From a virus (Duplodnaviria > Caudoviricetes), in IMG/VR virus record IMGVR_UViG_3300035498_000530, positions 158,732-222,731 of that record: a stretch of DNA of 64,000 nt. One strand, 5' to 3'. The translations under genes were made by a program, and so were the position numbers. Shown here piece by piece: positions 1 to 10,073 of this stretch (position 1 is the stretch's first letter; each line of letters starts with the position of its first letter). The notes beneath the pieces are model-generated. The model was not told the DNA's origin, searched no databases, and saw only the letters and a program-made list of their open reading frames with translations.

Positions 1-449
1 GAAAGATTAAGACTAGTATGATTATCAATCTGATATCTATCTATAATCTTTCTAAGCTTCTTTATAGGAACAGTATCATTTACAAGATGTCCTATCTCGT
101 GGAGATACATAGCTAATACTTCTTTAGTTGTGAATCCGCCCATCTCTGGAGTCTTCTGGAATAACTTAGAATCAATCTCTATTCTATAATGAGATATTCT
201 AATATCATTCTCGCCAACAATTATATCATATATTGTTTCTTTACCACCATATAACTCTGGATATACCCTCATACCAAAGAATGGTTTATCAGTATTCTTT
301 GTATATATAATTTCTTTACAGGTACAATCTTTAAAGAATTGATTAGTTTCAGTTTTAAGTTTTGAAAGAGCCATATTCTTATTACTAGCACTTCTAAGAG
401 CACTAAATATAGATTCAAACTTGCTAAAATCATAGTTTATTCTATGCAT
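1..449 (-). CDS. Partial HExxH zinc-metallopeptidase-like protein, probably virion-associated (runs off the left edge)
   Basis: Not in the ORF track. Hand translation from ATG at 449 (RBS AAGGGAG) gives MHRINYDFSKF...KELLAMYLHEIGHLVND..., open to position 1. Confidence 0.7.
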   Translation of the reverse strand, partial: MHRINYDFSKFESIFSALRSASNKNMALSKLKTETNQFFKDCTCKEIIYTKNTDKPFFGMRVYPELYGGKETIYDIIVGENDIRISHYRIEIDSKLFQKTPEMGGFTTKEVLAMYLHEIGHLVNDTVPIKKLRKIIDRYQIDNHTSLNL

Positions 450-483
450 TTATCTATTCTCCCTTCTTAAAAAGTTTAAGAGA

Positions 484-511
484 AGCCTATAGCCTAGAAA
501 GGCTATAGGCT
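484..511 (-). terminator. Hairpin downstream of the major capsid gene
   Basis: Perfect 12-bp stem AGCCTATAGCCT/AGGCTATAGGCT with a 4-nt loop. Confidence 0.6.
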
Positions 512-548
512 ATATATTTAAAATTATTATTTAATAATAATCTATGTA

Positions 549-2477
549 TTAACCGTCAACTTCGTCATCAGCTACTACATCTTCCCAAGGTCTCTTAGGA
601 CCGCCTGTAGCAATTGCTGCTTCAACAGCTTTTCTTGTTGTTTCATCAAGGTTAGCTGTGTAGTCGTTCATAGCTGGCTTACCAATAGGATCATCATTAA
701 CAAAGTCTTCTCTGTAGCCCATTGGGTTAAGAATTCTAAGACGACCCTGAACTGGCTGGTACTCTACAAACTTCCAACGCTCAAATGCATGAATAGCTGG
801 AAGAGCATAGTTAGCCATGTTTCTAATTTCATTAGAAACGTACATCTGATAATCATAGATTCTGTAGATAATTCTCTCTGAATTTCTTGGGCAGAGGATG
901 ATTATCAAGTTGTTATCGTTTGTGAGCTTATCACTTGAGATGAACTGATATACTCTGTTGCCATCTGTTGTGATAGTTCTTGTGAAGTTAAGCTGAAGAG
1001 GTCCAATGTTGCTTGGTGAGCTATATACTGGATCTGTAGGCTTAATCTTTCTGATAAGGTCAGGACGACCAATGATATTGATTGTCATGTTAGGATCTCT
1101 GATAACCTGAAGAAGGTAAGATACATGAGTATCAAGAGCATCCATGAATGTCTTGTATCTCCACTCTACATGGTCAAGAGCATAGCCTTCACGAGGTGCG
1201 AAGTCAAATGCCTTAGCGATCTTCTCTGAATCAGAAATAGTAAGGAAGCTCTCATCAAGATTTTCCTTAATCTTATCATCCTTGTAGTTACCAAGAGTGA
1301 TATTAAACAGACTCATAAGCTTAGTAAGCTGATTGATCTGATAAAGTGCACCAATATCCTTAACTTCTTCAGGAGATACTGGTGTATTGATTGGGATTGC
1401 TGGTGGGATCTCAACGAGATCTGTCTTTACTGACCAAGCAACCTGGCATGTCTTAAGCATAGCAGATGAGGTATCGATCTTAGCTGAGATCTTAACCATA
1501 GATACACCTGCAACTGTAACATCCTTTGTAGCACCTGAAACTGTGTTCTTTGTTACTGTAGAACCAGCTTCACCGATTGCTGCCATAATTGTAATCTTAT
1601 TCTTCTTCATATAACCAGAAAGAATATCATGTACCTGAGTACCATCAGGGAATGTAACATCAACAGGTTCCATAAGCTGACGATCAATGTCACCATAACC
1701 CATTGTGAAGTTCTTCTTTACATTCTTCCAAACGATTACATCTGTTTCGCCGCCTGTAGCTACCTTATCTGTCTTAGTTGACTCATCATAGTAAAGGTCA
1801 CCAGCTACAGCAGTCTTCTTAACACCAACTGCACTAATATATGTAGAGATGTCAAGGTTATCATCTGCACCTGCACCCATAAGTTCGATTACATTAAGAT
1901 CAACCTGAGGTGTAGCGAGAGAAACTGGAATATCAACATATGGAGCTGTAGAATCAATAAGATCCTTCATCTTCAACTGATCTTTCCACATATCTACTTC
2001 TTCACCATTAGGACCAATGAGAGTTCTTGTCTCCATTGAGATAGTGAACTTAGGAGAAGTAGCTACAAACTTAGGAATAGCCTTGTCAAAGATTGTGTCC
2101 ATAAGAATTCTCTTATGAATAGGGAATGTCATACCAACAACTGGGTTATAAGCAGCCATTGGTGCATATTCAAGTATAGCTTCCTTATCATTAAGGAACT
2201 GCTCGTGCATCATTTCAATATGATCATCAAGAGCTCTTGCGTCACCCATGAATGATTCTGGATCGCATGAGTTTTCAACAAAGAAGTTCTCCATTGCAGC
2301 AGATGCTGATTTCTGTCTTAAAGCTTTCTGTGGCTCAAGAAACATATCTACAGCATTTTCTGTAAGGATATTCTGAGCAAGATTTGAGAATGCCGCAGCA
2401 TATTCTCTAATAGGATCATTTCTATATCCTTCGCCAATTCTGGCGTTCTTATTAGGTCTTTCACCAATAATAGGCAT
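549..2477 (-). CDS. Major capsid protein precursor (AR9/PBS1-like jumbo phage)
   Basis: 642 aa with strong RBS and late promoter. About 100-aa propeptide ending at AILE|Y. HK97/T4 gp23-like layout. Located near the prohead protease. Confidence 0.75.
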   Translation of the reverse strand: MPIIGERPNKNARIGEGYRNDPIREYAAAFSNLAQNILTENAVDMFLEPQKALRQKSASAAMENFFVENSCDPESFMGDARALDDHIEMMHEQFLNDKEAILEYAPMAAYNPVVGMTFPIHKRILMDTIFDKAIPKFVATSPKFTISMETRTLIGPNGEEVDMWKDQLKMKDLIDSTAPYVDIPVSLATPQVDLNVIELMGAGADDNLDISTYISAVGVKKTAVAGDLYYDESTKTDKVATGGETDVIVWKNVKKNFTMGYGDIDRQLMEPVDVTFPDGTQVHDILSGYMKKNKITIMAAIGEAGSTVTKNTVSGATKDVTVAGVSMVKISAKIDTSSAMLKTCQVAWSVKTDLVEIPPAIPINTPVSPEEVKDIGALYQINQLTKLMSLFNITLGNYKDDKIKENLDESFLTISDSEKIAKAFDFAPREGYALDHVEWRYKTFMDALDTHVSYLLQVIRDPNMTINIIGRPDLIRKIKPTDPVYSSPSNIGPLQLNFTRTITTDGNRVYQFISSDKLTNDNNLIIILCPRNSERIIYRIYDYQMYVSNEIRNMANYALPAIHAFERWKFVEYQPVQGRLRILNPMGYREDFVNDDPIGKPAMNDYTANLDETTRKAVEAAIATGGPKRPWEDVVADDEVDG

Positions 2478-2544
2478 ATTATTGCACTCCTTTCGAATTT
2501 ATATTATCTATTTAATATTAAATAGCTCTATTATTCTGCTATTT

Positions 2545-2556
2545 TATTATATTGTT
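2545..2556 (-). promoter_or_regulatory. Late promoter AACA-N6-TA (capsid gene)
   Basis: Minus strand reads AACA-ATATAA-TA, matching the AR9 late promoter consensus. Confidence 0.7.
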
Positions 2557-2590
2557 AAGTTATTAATTCTAAGAATTAAGCTTTACAGAC

Positions 2591-2624
2591 AAAAAATAAA
2601 GCCTAGTAGAATTAACTACTAGGC
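2591..2624 (-). terminator. Rho-independent terminator
   Basis: Stem GCCTAGTAG/CTACTAGGC followed on the minus strand by TTTATTTTTT. This tail is shared by many terminators in the window. Confidence 0.75.
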
Positions 2625-2631
2625 ATAAATA

Positions 2632-5600
2632 TTATTCATCTGGGGCTTCATCTTTATCTGTTTTTGTTTCTGGGTTTTCTTCGTCAGATTCAAAGGCAGC
2701 ACCAAGCTCTTCAAGTATAGAATTTATACTATTCAATGCAGCTAAACATTCCTGATACGTAATAGTATTCTCTATAAATGTCTTATTATCAAAATTATGA
2801 AGCATATTATAACTAATAAGCTCTTTAAGTTCTGTTATCTTACGACTCAAGAAATCCAATACAGTTTGAGTATTACTATTTCTTGGAACTTTATTGATAT
2901 CATCAGACAATCTAAGAACTGTTTCATATAAATCCATATAGTCTCTTTTGAGTCTATATTTCTTTTCCTTCATTTGTTCTGGATCTATGTCACTGAAAAG
3001 TTCTTTTTCTATATTCTTGATTTCGTCACTAAGACTTCCTTCTTCTCCCTCTTCACCGTCTTCAGGGATTTCTCCTTCTGTATCATCTCCACCATCTGGA
3101 TTTTCTTCATCAGAGTCTAATGGTTCGTCTCCACCACCAGTATCTCCTCCACCATCTCCAGTAGGAATTTCACCAGAAGTATCACCGCCAGTTTCATCAG
3201 AATCCAAAGGCTCATCACCTGCATCTCCTTCGTCACTATCAAGTGGTTCGTCTCCACCTTCATCTGAATCTAATGACTCATTATCTCCACCGGCATCATC
3301 AGTTGGCTCATCCATAGGCTCGTCTCCAGCATCGTCTGTAGGTTCATCCATTGGTTCATCTGAACCACCATCTGATGAACCACCTCCACCGGAACCTCCG
3401 GCTGTATAGCTACCATCTGGATCTGTTCCAAATCCATCATTAGTATCTTTATTAGCGTCATCAGCTACAGGATCATTATTCTTAACTTCTATTTCATTAA
3501 GAATATTATATTCCTCTTCTTTAGTAAAGAAGAATCCACCAGTTTCATGAGCATAATCAGAAGAATATTCAGATTTATCTTCTTCATCAGTACAATTATC
3601 GCAAGTCTTAAGCTGATCTAAATAATAAGATCTAAATGAATTATTAGTATCAGCAATTCTTAATATCTCATCTGCACTTATATCAAATTTGTTTATAGCA
3701 TCATATATATTCTCTGATGTAAATTTGATATTATCATTCTTTATGATATTAAAGTTCTTTATAGTATCTAAGACTCCTTCTTTGGAATCTAAAGACATAG
3801 TATTCGTATGAGGATCAGCATATTTATTTTCATTTATTCCATTCAATATATCTCTTTCTTGAGCTTTGGAGAAGAATAAACCCATGTGATCAACTCCTTC
3901 CTTTTTAACTTTAGAGTTCTTTTTAGAATCGATCTTCTTCTTAATAGGATCGTTTTCTACATTACTCTTAACTCTATCTTTTGCTATAGATAATCTATTC
4001 TTTGCTATATCTTTTCCTTTGGATACAGCATCTTTGATATTACTTACATTTCTTTCAATATTATCAAATAGCTTTGGTCTACTTTCATTATTATCTTCAG
4101 TAGATTCATTCACATTTTCATTATCTATATTTATCATTTTATATCTCCTTGAACCGATACCAAGTTTGTGAGCATATTCTAATATATGAGTGCCATTACG
4201 AGTTTCTATTCTTTCTATTACATCTTTACCGTCTTCGGCAGAATATACCAAATCAACACAAGCTTGATCTAATGCTACTGGATCTAAAGATGCAAGAATT
4301 CCTATATCTTTCATCGTAGGTTCCTCTGGATGAGAACTGCAATCACAATCTACCGACATATTATTCATTACATTTATAAATAATATTCTTCCTTCTTTAG
4401 CTGAGCATACTGATTGGGCAGCTTCAGCCATAGATTCTAAGAAAGGTATTTGTTCTCCACCTTTCCAAGTTCTTTTACTTCTTCCTGCAGTATGTATTAA
4501 TCTCTTTCCTACTTGGGAAGCAAATCCGATAGAGATATTTTTCAATGCTCCACCGAATCCTCCCATAGCATGTCCTTTAAAGTGAGATAATATAAGGAAT
4601 GAATCATAAGACTGAAATGTTTCTCCAACAAAGTTTTCAGTAAGATGATTTCCTCCTGTTACAGGTAAAGATATTTGACCATCTGAATCCATAATATCGA
4701 CGTCAGCAATATCTAAGAATCCATGATCTTGTATTACTTTTATATGCTCTTGTGTAGTATTTCGTTTTCCTTCGTAGGCAGTATTGCATTCGCATATTAT
4801 ACCATTGACTTCATCTACAACAAGTTTAATTAATTCTGGTTTCAAATAATTATTATTACCAGCTTCTCCAGTAGATAACTTAACACCTACTCTACCAGAT
4901 ATACATCCATTGTTAGATATCTTAAATATCTTTAATAGTGATTCTGGAGAAATATTTGATGTAAAGTATACTACCGAATCATCAAATCCAGAATTAGGAA
5001 TATTTCTTACTGATGATAATCTTTCATAATAGGAGTCATCCTTAGGAAACTTATCATCAAAACTTTCTTTTATAGCTTTAGGCCCTTTCCAATACCTCTT
5101 AAAATCATTCTTTTCTCCAACATGAATATCAAGTTGTTCTTCTTTATCAAAGTAGTATTCTATTTTCTTTATGATATTATTAGCTAATTCTTTTCTATCT
5201 TCTTCGTCGCAATAGTTAAAGAATCTTATAGCTTGTAATACATGTTCTTTATCATTCAAAGGATACTTTCTCTTCTTAGGAAGACCAAATTCTTTATCTG
5301 ATAATCCTTTACGATCTTTAGAAGATAAAGCTTCTTCATTTATAGTTCCATAACTCATAAATATCATAGTATCTGTTTGATCATATTCCTTCCATCCAGT
5401 TTTGTTATATAAATTTATAGCAGGAGTATTATTCTTTCTTACAGATAATTTTATAGTTTTTAGATCATTAATTGCTATCTGAAGTAACTTTGTTCCTATT
5501 CCTTTGTGTTTCATATTATCAGCTACTTCTAAAGCTTGAATCCAAATACCATCACTTTTCTTTTCTGTATTGATTAATCCAACAAATTCATTATTAGAAT

Positions 5601-6375
5601 TTATATATAAATACCCTTTAGTATTGGAATTTACTCTAATATGCCTAAGCATTTTGAATTTGCTTTTATAGATATCAATAGTTTTTTCATCAAGATTAAG
5701 TCTTTTAAAATCATTAATATTACTAGATTCATAAATTGAGTCTTCTGGAACACATGGCAAATCATTATTAAAAATAGCGTTAGGTTCTATATTACTCTTT
5801 GGTTTTCCGAATAGATTTCTATTACTTATTCTTTTTTCCATATAAGTCATATATTCTGCTCCATTCATACCATACAATTTATTATCTAATGCATTATATT
5901 CTATTAAGAAGCTTTTAGTAATCCTACTTCCAGCATCCTTATTTAAATTGTATATGATGTAATTTAAAGCATCTTTTTCTGTATTGAATTCATATACTCC
6001 TCGTTTAGGTTTCCAAGAAGATTCAAACCAATAAAATTTATTACCATACTTGAATACAATGAATGTATGTGTTGGTGTACTACCATCAGTATCTACTCCA
6101 ATATGATAATATGATTTAAACTTTATATCTGGAAAATTTCTTTTAAAGTAATATGCTTCATATGTTACATAATCCCAACATACTCCTCCTTTATATTTAT
6201 TAAACTCCTGAGGACTAAGCATTCTATAATAATTATCAAAATCTTCACGTTTAATTTCAATAATAGGATTACCATTATTAGGAATTATATATTCATACAT
6301 ATTTAACTCTTGGTTAAATCTTATGATTTCTTCTAGGCTAGTTTTACTATTAGCCTCATTAAAAAATATACCCAT
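2632..6375 (-). CDS. Multidomain head/cargo polyprotein: transglutaminase-like + GNAT + DUF6582-like + DUF362 + acidic repeats + helical C-terminus
   Basis: Cys/His/Glu triad motifs GGVCWD, THTF, WFES. GNAT motifs KHKGIGTKLL and NTPAINLY. Small domain EFGLPKKRKYPLNDKEHV. DUF362 motifs SHFKGHAMGGFGGALKN and DPVALDQAC. D/E/G-rich repeats near the C-terminus. Confidence 0.75.
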   Translation of the reverse strand: MGIFFNEANSKTSLEEIIRFNQELNMYEYIIPNNGNPIIEIKREDFDNYYRMLSPQEFNKYKGGVCWDYVTYEAYYFKRNFPDIKFKSYYHIGVDTDGSTPTHTFIVFKYGNKFYWFESSWKPKRGVYEFNTEKDALNYIIYNLNKDAGSRITKSFLIEYNALDNKLYGMNGAEYMTYMEKRISNRNLFGKPKSNIEPNAIFNNDLPCVPEDSIYESSNINDFKRLNLDEKTIDIYKSKFKMLRHIRVNSNTKGYLYINSNNEFVGLINTEKKSDGIWIQALEVADNMKHKGIGTKLLQIAINDLKTIKLSVRKNNTPAINLYNKTGWKEYDQTDTMIFMSYGTINEEALSSKDRKGLSDKEFGLPKKRKYPLNDKEHVLQAIRFFNYCDEEDRKELANNIIKKIEYYFDKEEQLDIHVGEKNDFKRYWKGPKAIKESFDDKFPKDDSYYERLSSVRNIPNSGFDDSVVYFTSNISPESLLKIFKISNNGCISGRVGVKLSTGEAGNNNYLKPELIKLVVDEVNGIICECNTAYEGKRNTTQEHIKVIQDHGFLDIADVDIMDSDGQISLPVTGGNHLTENFVGETFQSYDSFLILSHFKGHAMGGFGGALKNISIGFASQVGKRLIHTAGRSKRTWKGGEQIPFLESMAEAAQSVCSAKEGRILFINVMNNMSVDCDCSSHPEEPTMKDIGILASLDPVALDQACVDLVYSAEDGKDVIERIETRNGTHILEYAHKLGIGSRRYKMINIDNENVNESTEDNNESRPKLFDNIERNVSNIKDAVSKGKDIAKNRLSIAKDRVKSNVENDPIKKKIDSKKNSKVKKEGVDHMGLFFSKAQERDILNGINENKYADPHTNTMSLDSKEGVLDTIKNFNIIKNDNIKFTSENIYDAINKFDISADEILRIADTNNSFRSYYLDQLKTCDNCTDEEDKSEYSSDYAHETGGFFFTKEEEYNILNEIEVKNNDPVADDANKDTNDGFGTDPDGSYTAGGSGGGGSSDGGSDEPMDEPTDDAGDEPMDEPTDDAGGDNESLDSDEGGDEPLDSDEGDAGDEPLDSDETGGDTSGEIPTGDGGGDTGGGDEPLDSDEENPDGGDDTEGEIPEDGEEGEEGSLSDEIKNIEKELFSDIDPEQMKEKKYRLKRDYMDLYETVLRLSDDINKVPRNSNTQTVLDFLSRKITELKELISYNMLHNFDNKTFIENTITYQECLAALNSINSILEELGAAFESDEENPETKTDKDEAPDE
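3030..3370 (-). repeat. Coding tandem repeats (DEPMDEPTDDAG x2; DEPLDSDE-like x4) in an acidic low-complexity linker
   Basis: Read from the translation; coordinates approximate. Confidence 0.8.
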
Positions 6376-6415
6376 ATTATTTCCTCCTTAAATATATTTA
6401 GAGTATAATATGTAA

Positions 6416-8782
6416 TTAATTTTTCATTGTGGTAGTTTGTTTTCCTAAGTCTGCTGTTCTTGTTGCTGCAGACTGGCCCCATTCTACTTTCATCTTATAT
6501 CTTATTCTCTGATGCTGTCTTTGTAATGCTCTTTGAGTCATATACAAATTCTTTAAAGCTTTCATATCATCTTTATCTTCAGCCATTTTAATCTGCTTTT
6601 CACAAAGATTTAATTCTACTTCAATTTCATCTAAAATAAGCTGTCTTTCTTTTGCTTGAGATGTTTTAGCACAAGCAATAGCACCAATAACACCTACAAC
6701 AGCAATTACTGGATTTACTAACCATGCTGCACCTGTTGCTAATCCCCAATGGATAACTTTAGATGCACTAGGAATCAATTGTCCTTTAATAACCGCTTCT
6801 CTATTTCCTTTCTGCATTGCACGTTCTGCAGAAGAAATAACTGTATTTACTGAAGCATCCACTTGTCTTGATAATATTTTATCTTTATCAGCAAGACTCT
6901 GTATTCCTCGCTTGAGATTCTCAGAAGCAAGTTTAAGAGAGTTAGTAATACTAAGTTCATTTACATAAGTAGTATTAGTAATATTCTCTATTACATTATA
7001 TCTCAAGTCAAGATCATTTATAACAGATTCTGTTGTACAAGAACAAGTACTCTTTTTATTACATTTACTATGTTCCAAGTCCCAGATACAAGTATTTAAT
7101 ACACTCTTTGAATAGAAATCTGTACTTTCTGCATCTTTCAATTCTTTAAGTCTACTAGAGAATACTTTATTCAATGATTCCGGATTGATTATCTCTGGTT
7201 TATTTATAGATATAGTAGTAAGAACTTCTGCTACATTATTACCAAAACCAGTAGATATTTTTGATGCTTGATTTGCTAAAGTTATATCAATAAAATTATC
7301 ATCAAGATCTATCATTCTATTGATACTTTCTTCTATACATAATACAGACTTAAGATGCTCTATTAATGATTCATCTAAGTCTTCATCATCGTCATCATCC
7401 ACAAGATTAAGATTATAATCATAATCTTCAAATTTATATACAGCATCTTCAAGAGACTTCTTATATTCTTCTGCTCTCTTGATAGCTTTTTCATCACTTA
7501 ATTTATCTATCTTCTTTTCTACTTTTTCTATTTCTTTATTATATTCAGATATCAGCTTCTTCATCTGCTTACGCTCCAAGGTAAGCTTCAATGTGAAATC
7601 TGCACATAATGCTATGAATCCTGGAATAAGACCAAAAGAAAAAGCACCAATTATCATCAATCCTCTGAGAAGACCAAGAAAATTTGGAATACCATCAATA
7701 ATATCCTGAGGGTCTTTGGTATATATCTTATATATAAGAGACTTCATAGCTGCCGGAGTCTTCTTGGGAAGCATCTTGAATTCATCAATAAGCTTATCTA
7801 CACTATTACCTATCTTGGCTTTCATATCGTCATTCTCAAGTATAGAATTAATGAAATTATCACTAAGATCTGTAATACCATAACTCATAAGCTCATTAAT
7901 AGCATCATTAGAAGTATTATATTCTGACTCGAAGATATACAAACTATTTATTTCTTTATCATCATATCCATTTACTTTAGACAAAGTAGTTTTAAGATCT
8001 TTGATATGATTTTCAGTAAGAGTTTCAGGACTCAGCATAAAATAATCTGTAACAGTTTCAAGTATAGTTTTTCTATCACAATGTATAGCATTCTTATACA
8101 ATGTATACTGTATATTCTCCAAAGCAACTTTATACTTAACCCCATAAGGAATATCATAAGTATCAATAAAGTTACATAAAGTAAATATAGTATCCTTAAC
8201 ATCATAAGAATTTTCCTGCACATACTGATTGAATGAGAATCTCTTATTAAGCTTCTTCTGATTAGAGATAACTGTACATATAGCTTCACTTATACTACAA
8301 GTATCAAGAATCTTATCAAAGCATTTTTCAATAGATTCACTCTGAGGTTTAGGTTTATTGTTTGATGGTTGTGGTTGACCAAGGGTTTTAGATGCTGCTG
8401 TTTTAGCTTTAGTAATTTCAGCTTTTACTGCAGTACCAATCTTATGTCTATTCATCTGGTCAGTACTCTTTCCGTTACGAACTTTCTTCGTAGACGGAAC
8501 AATTTCTTTAGATATTTTGTTTTCAACTTCTTCACACAGATATCTACAAGCTTCTTCTATTCTGTAGATATTTTGAGACTCTTGATTACAAATTTCAATG
8601 AATGCATGGACCTGTTCTTGAATCATTGCATTTTTGTTCTTGATCAGATTCAAATAATTAAAATAATTATACTGTGGTATGTCTGCTACAGATAAAAAAT
8701 TTGAATTATTTGTAGCTGATTCTGTTACCATATTGGGTAATGATAATTCTTTTGATAATACGTCTTTCATGTTAATTAGCAT
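6416..8782 (-). CDS. Putative virion (inner head) protein with coiled coils and hydrophobic segments
   Basis: 788 aa. Late-type promoter AACT-TAATAG-TA at 8811-8822. Several x-x-E-S sites. Upstream of the polyprotein and capsid genes. Confidence 0.5.
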   Translation of the reverse strand: MLINMKDVLSKELSLPNMVTESATNNSNFLSVADIPQYNYFNYLNLIKNKNAMIQEQVHAFIEICNQESQNIYRIEEACRYLCEEVENKISKEIVPSTKKVRNGKSTDQMNRHKIGTAVKAEITKAKTAASKTLGQPQPSNNKPKPQSESIEKCFDKILDTCSISEAICTVISNQKKLNKRFSFNQYVQENSYDVKDTIFTLCNFIDTYDIPYGVKYKVALENIQYTLYKNAIHCDRKTILETVTDYFMLSPETLTENHIKDLKTTLSKVNGYDDKEINSLYIFESEYNTSNDAINELMSYGITDLSDNFINSILENDDMKAKIGNSVDKLIDEFKMLPKKTPAAMKSLIYKIYTKDPQDIIDGIPNFLGLLRGLMIIGAFSFGLIPGFIALCADFTLKLTLERKQMKKLISEYNKEIEKVEKKIDKLSDEKAIKRAEEYKKSLEDAVYKFEDYDYNLNLVDDDDDEDLDESLIEHLKSVLCIEESINRMIDLDDNFIDITLANQASKISTGFGNNVAEVLTTISINKPEIINPESLNKVFSSRLKELKDAESTDFYSKSVLNTCIWDLEHSKCNKKSTCSCTTESVINDLDLRYNVIENITNTTYVNELSITNSLKLASENLKRGIQSLADKDKILSRQVDASVNTVISSAERAMQKGNREAVIKGQLIPSASKVIHWGLATGAAWLVNPVIAVVGVIGAIACAKTSQAKERQLILDEIEVELNLCEKQIKMAEDKDDMKALKNLYMTQRALQRQHQRIRYKMKVEWGQSAATRTADLGKQTTTMKN

Positions 8783-8898
8783 CAGGATCCACCCTTCCTT
8801 TATAATAATTTACTATTAAGTTAACCTTAAAATGTTTAGATACATATTATAATAATGATATAGATATATCAATATATAATACAAGGGAGGAACCAAAG

Positions 8899-9270
8899 AT
8901 GCTTAGTGAAAGCAAAAAGAAACTTCATATGGCTATAAAGGTAGCCACAGTAAAGGCATACAAACTTCTTGAAAAGGAGATTGGTGAAAATGAATTAGCA
9001 ATCGAATTGTTAAGACATAAAGAAAGGGATTCTTTAATAGATCTTGATCGTATAATCAAGAATGTTAAAGCTCCAGAGTACAATAATAATGAAAAGACAA
9101 TGAGTCTTCTTTATTATAGTATAAATGATACTTTAGATAGAGGATTTACATCTTTTTACAAATGTGCATCAGAAGATAAGACATATGGTAAAAATGTAAA
9201 TGTAGATAATTGTAGACTTATAATTGATAAGTATGTTTCTACAGTAAAATCACTTGTCTATAACTATTGA
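8899..9270 (+). CDS. Hypothetical early protein
   Basis: RBS GGGAGG; ACATATTAT at 8842-8850. Confidence 0.7.
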   Translation: MLSESKKKLHMAIKVATVKAYKLLEKEIGENELAIELLRHKERDSLIDLDRIIKNVKAPEYNNNEKTMSLLYYSINDTLDRGFTSFYKCASEDKTYGKNVNVDNCRLIIDKYVSTVKSLVYNY

Positions 9271-9278
9271 AAAGAGAT

Positions 9279-9313
9279 AACCGATGGATTTTACTCCATC
9301 GGTTTTATTTTTT
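9279..9313 (+). terminator. Terminator between convergent genes
   Basis: Stem AACCGATGGA/TCCATCGGTT followed by TTATTTTTT. Confidence 0.7.
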
Positions 9314-9314
9314 G

Positions 9315-10073
9315 TTAAACTGTCATTATAATAGGTAAATTAGTCTGAGCTCCACTAACCTGAGCAGATTCCAATCTATCCAGAACTTCAGCACGTCTAC
9401 TTGCTTTATCCTGAAGATCTGATAATTTAAGATCTATATTTACATATACTGTCTCTAATGCTTCATAATATTTAAGCTCTTCATATAACCAAGATGCAAC
9501 ATCTGCTGTAGCAAGATCTTCAAACACACCCATCATTGTAGGACTTATTGTACATAATGATGGACTATGTACACATAATACTTGTACAGGAACGTTCTGA
9601 AGTCCATGTGATAAATCCATATTATTTACACTAACAAGTCTAAACATATTTGGTTCTTTGAATTCTATATAGATTCCTCTATTGAATAAAGACATATGAT
9701 CTGCTCTCATTTGCATAAGACCTATATCATCAAGACCATATGCATCTGAATATACATCATACAAACCATATGCTCCAGGAGATTCTCTTCCTGTATATTC
9801 ATCCCAATCAATATCCTTAACACCAAGGATTTCTACTGAATCACATATACTATCTTCTATATAAAACCATCCATTCTTTTTCTTAGCATTATCTACATGA
9901 ATCGTTATCTTATTAGGAAAATATCTACTGAATGTGACTAATGAATCTTCTATGATTACTGCATTAGCCCATTCATCCTTACATAAATAATCTGGTAATT
10001 TAAGCTGTCTTGTACCGAGTCGTCGTTCTATTTTATTAAGAAGTCTCGTCATATTATTGATATTATGAGCCAT
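9315..10073 (-). CDS. Putative neck/head-completion protein (T4 gp13-like)
   Basis: 252 aa. N-terminal LLNKIERRLG and C-terminal helix plus LPIIMTV resemble myophage neck proteins. Resemblance only. Confidence 0.45.
   Translation of the reverse strand: MAHNINNMTRLLNKIERRLGTRQLKLPDYLCKDEWANAVIIEDSLVTFSRYFPNKITIHVDNAKKKNGWFYIEDSICDSVEILGVKDIDWDEYTGRESPGAYGLYDVYSDAYGLDDIGLMQMRADHMSLFNRGIYIEFKEPNMFRLVSVNNMDLSHGLQNVPVQVLCVHSPSLCTISPTMMGVFEDLATADVASWLYEELKYYEALETVYVNIDLKLSDLQDKASRRAEVLDRLESAQVSGAQTNLPIIMTV

Noticed and set aside
2948-3409. 153-aa Ser/Pro-rich plus-strand ORF
   Set aside because: Antisense shadow of the acidic D/E/G repeats; no RBS or promoter.
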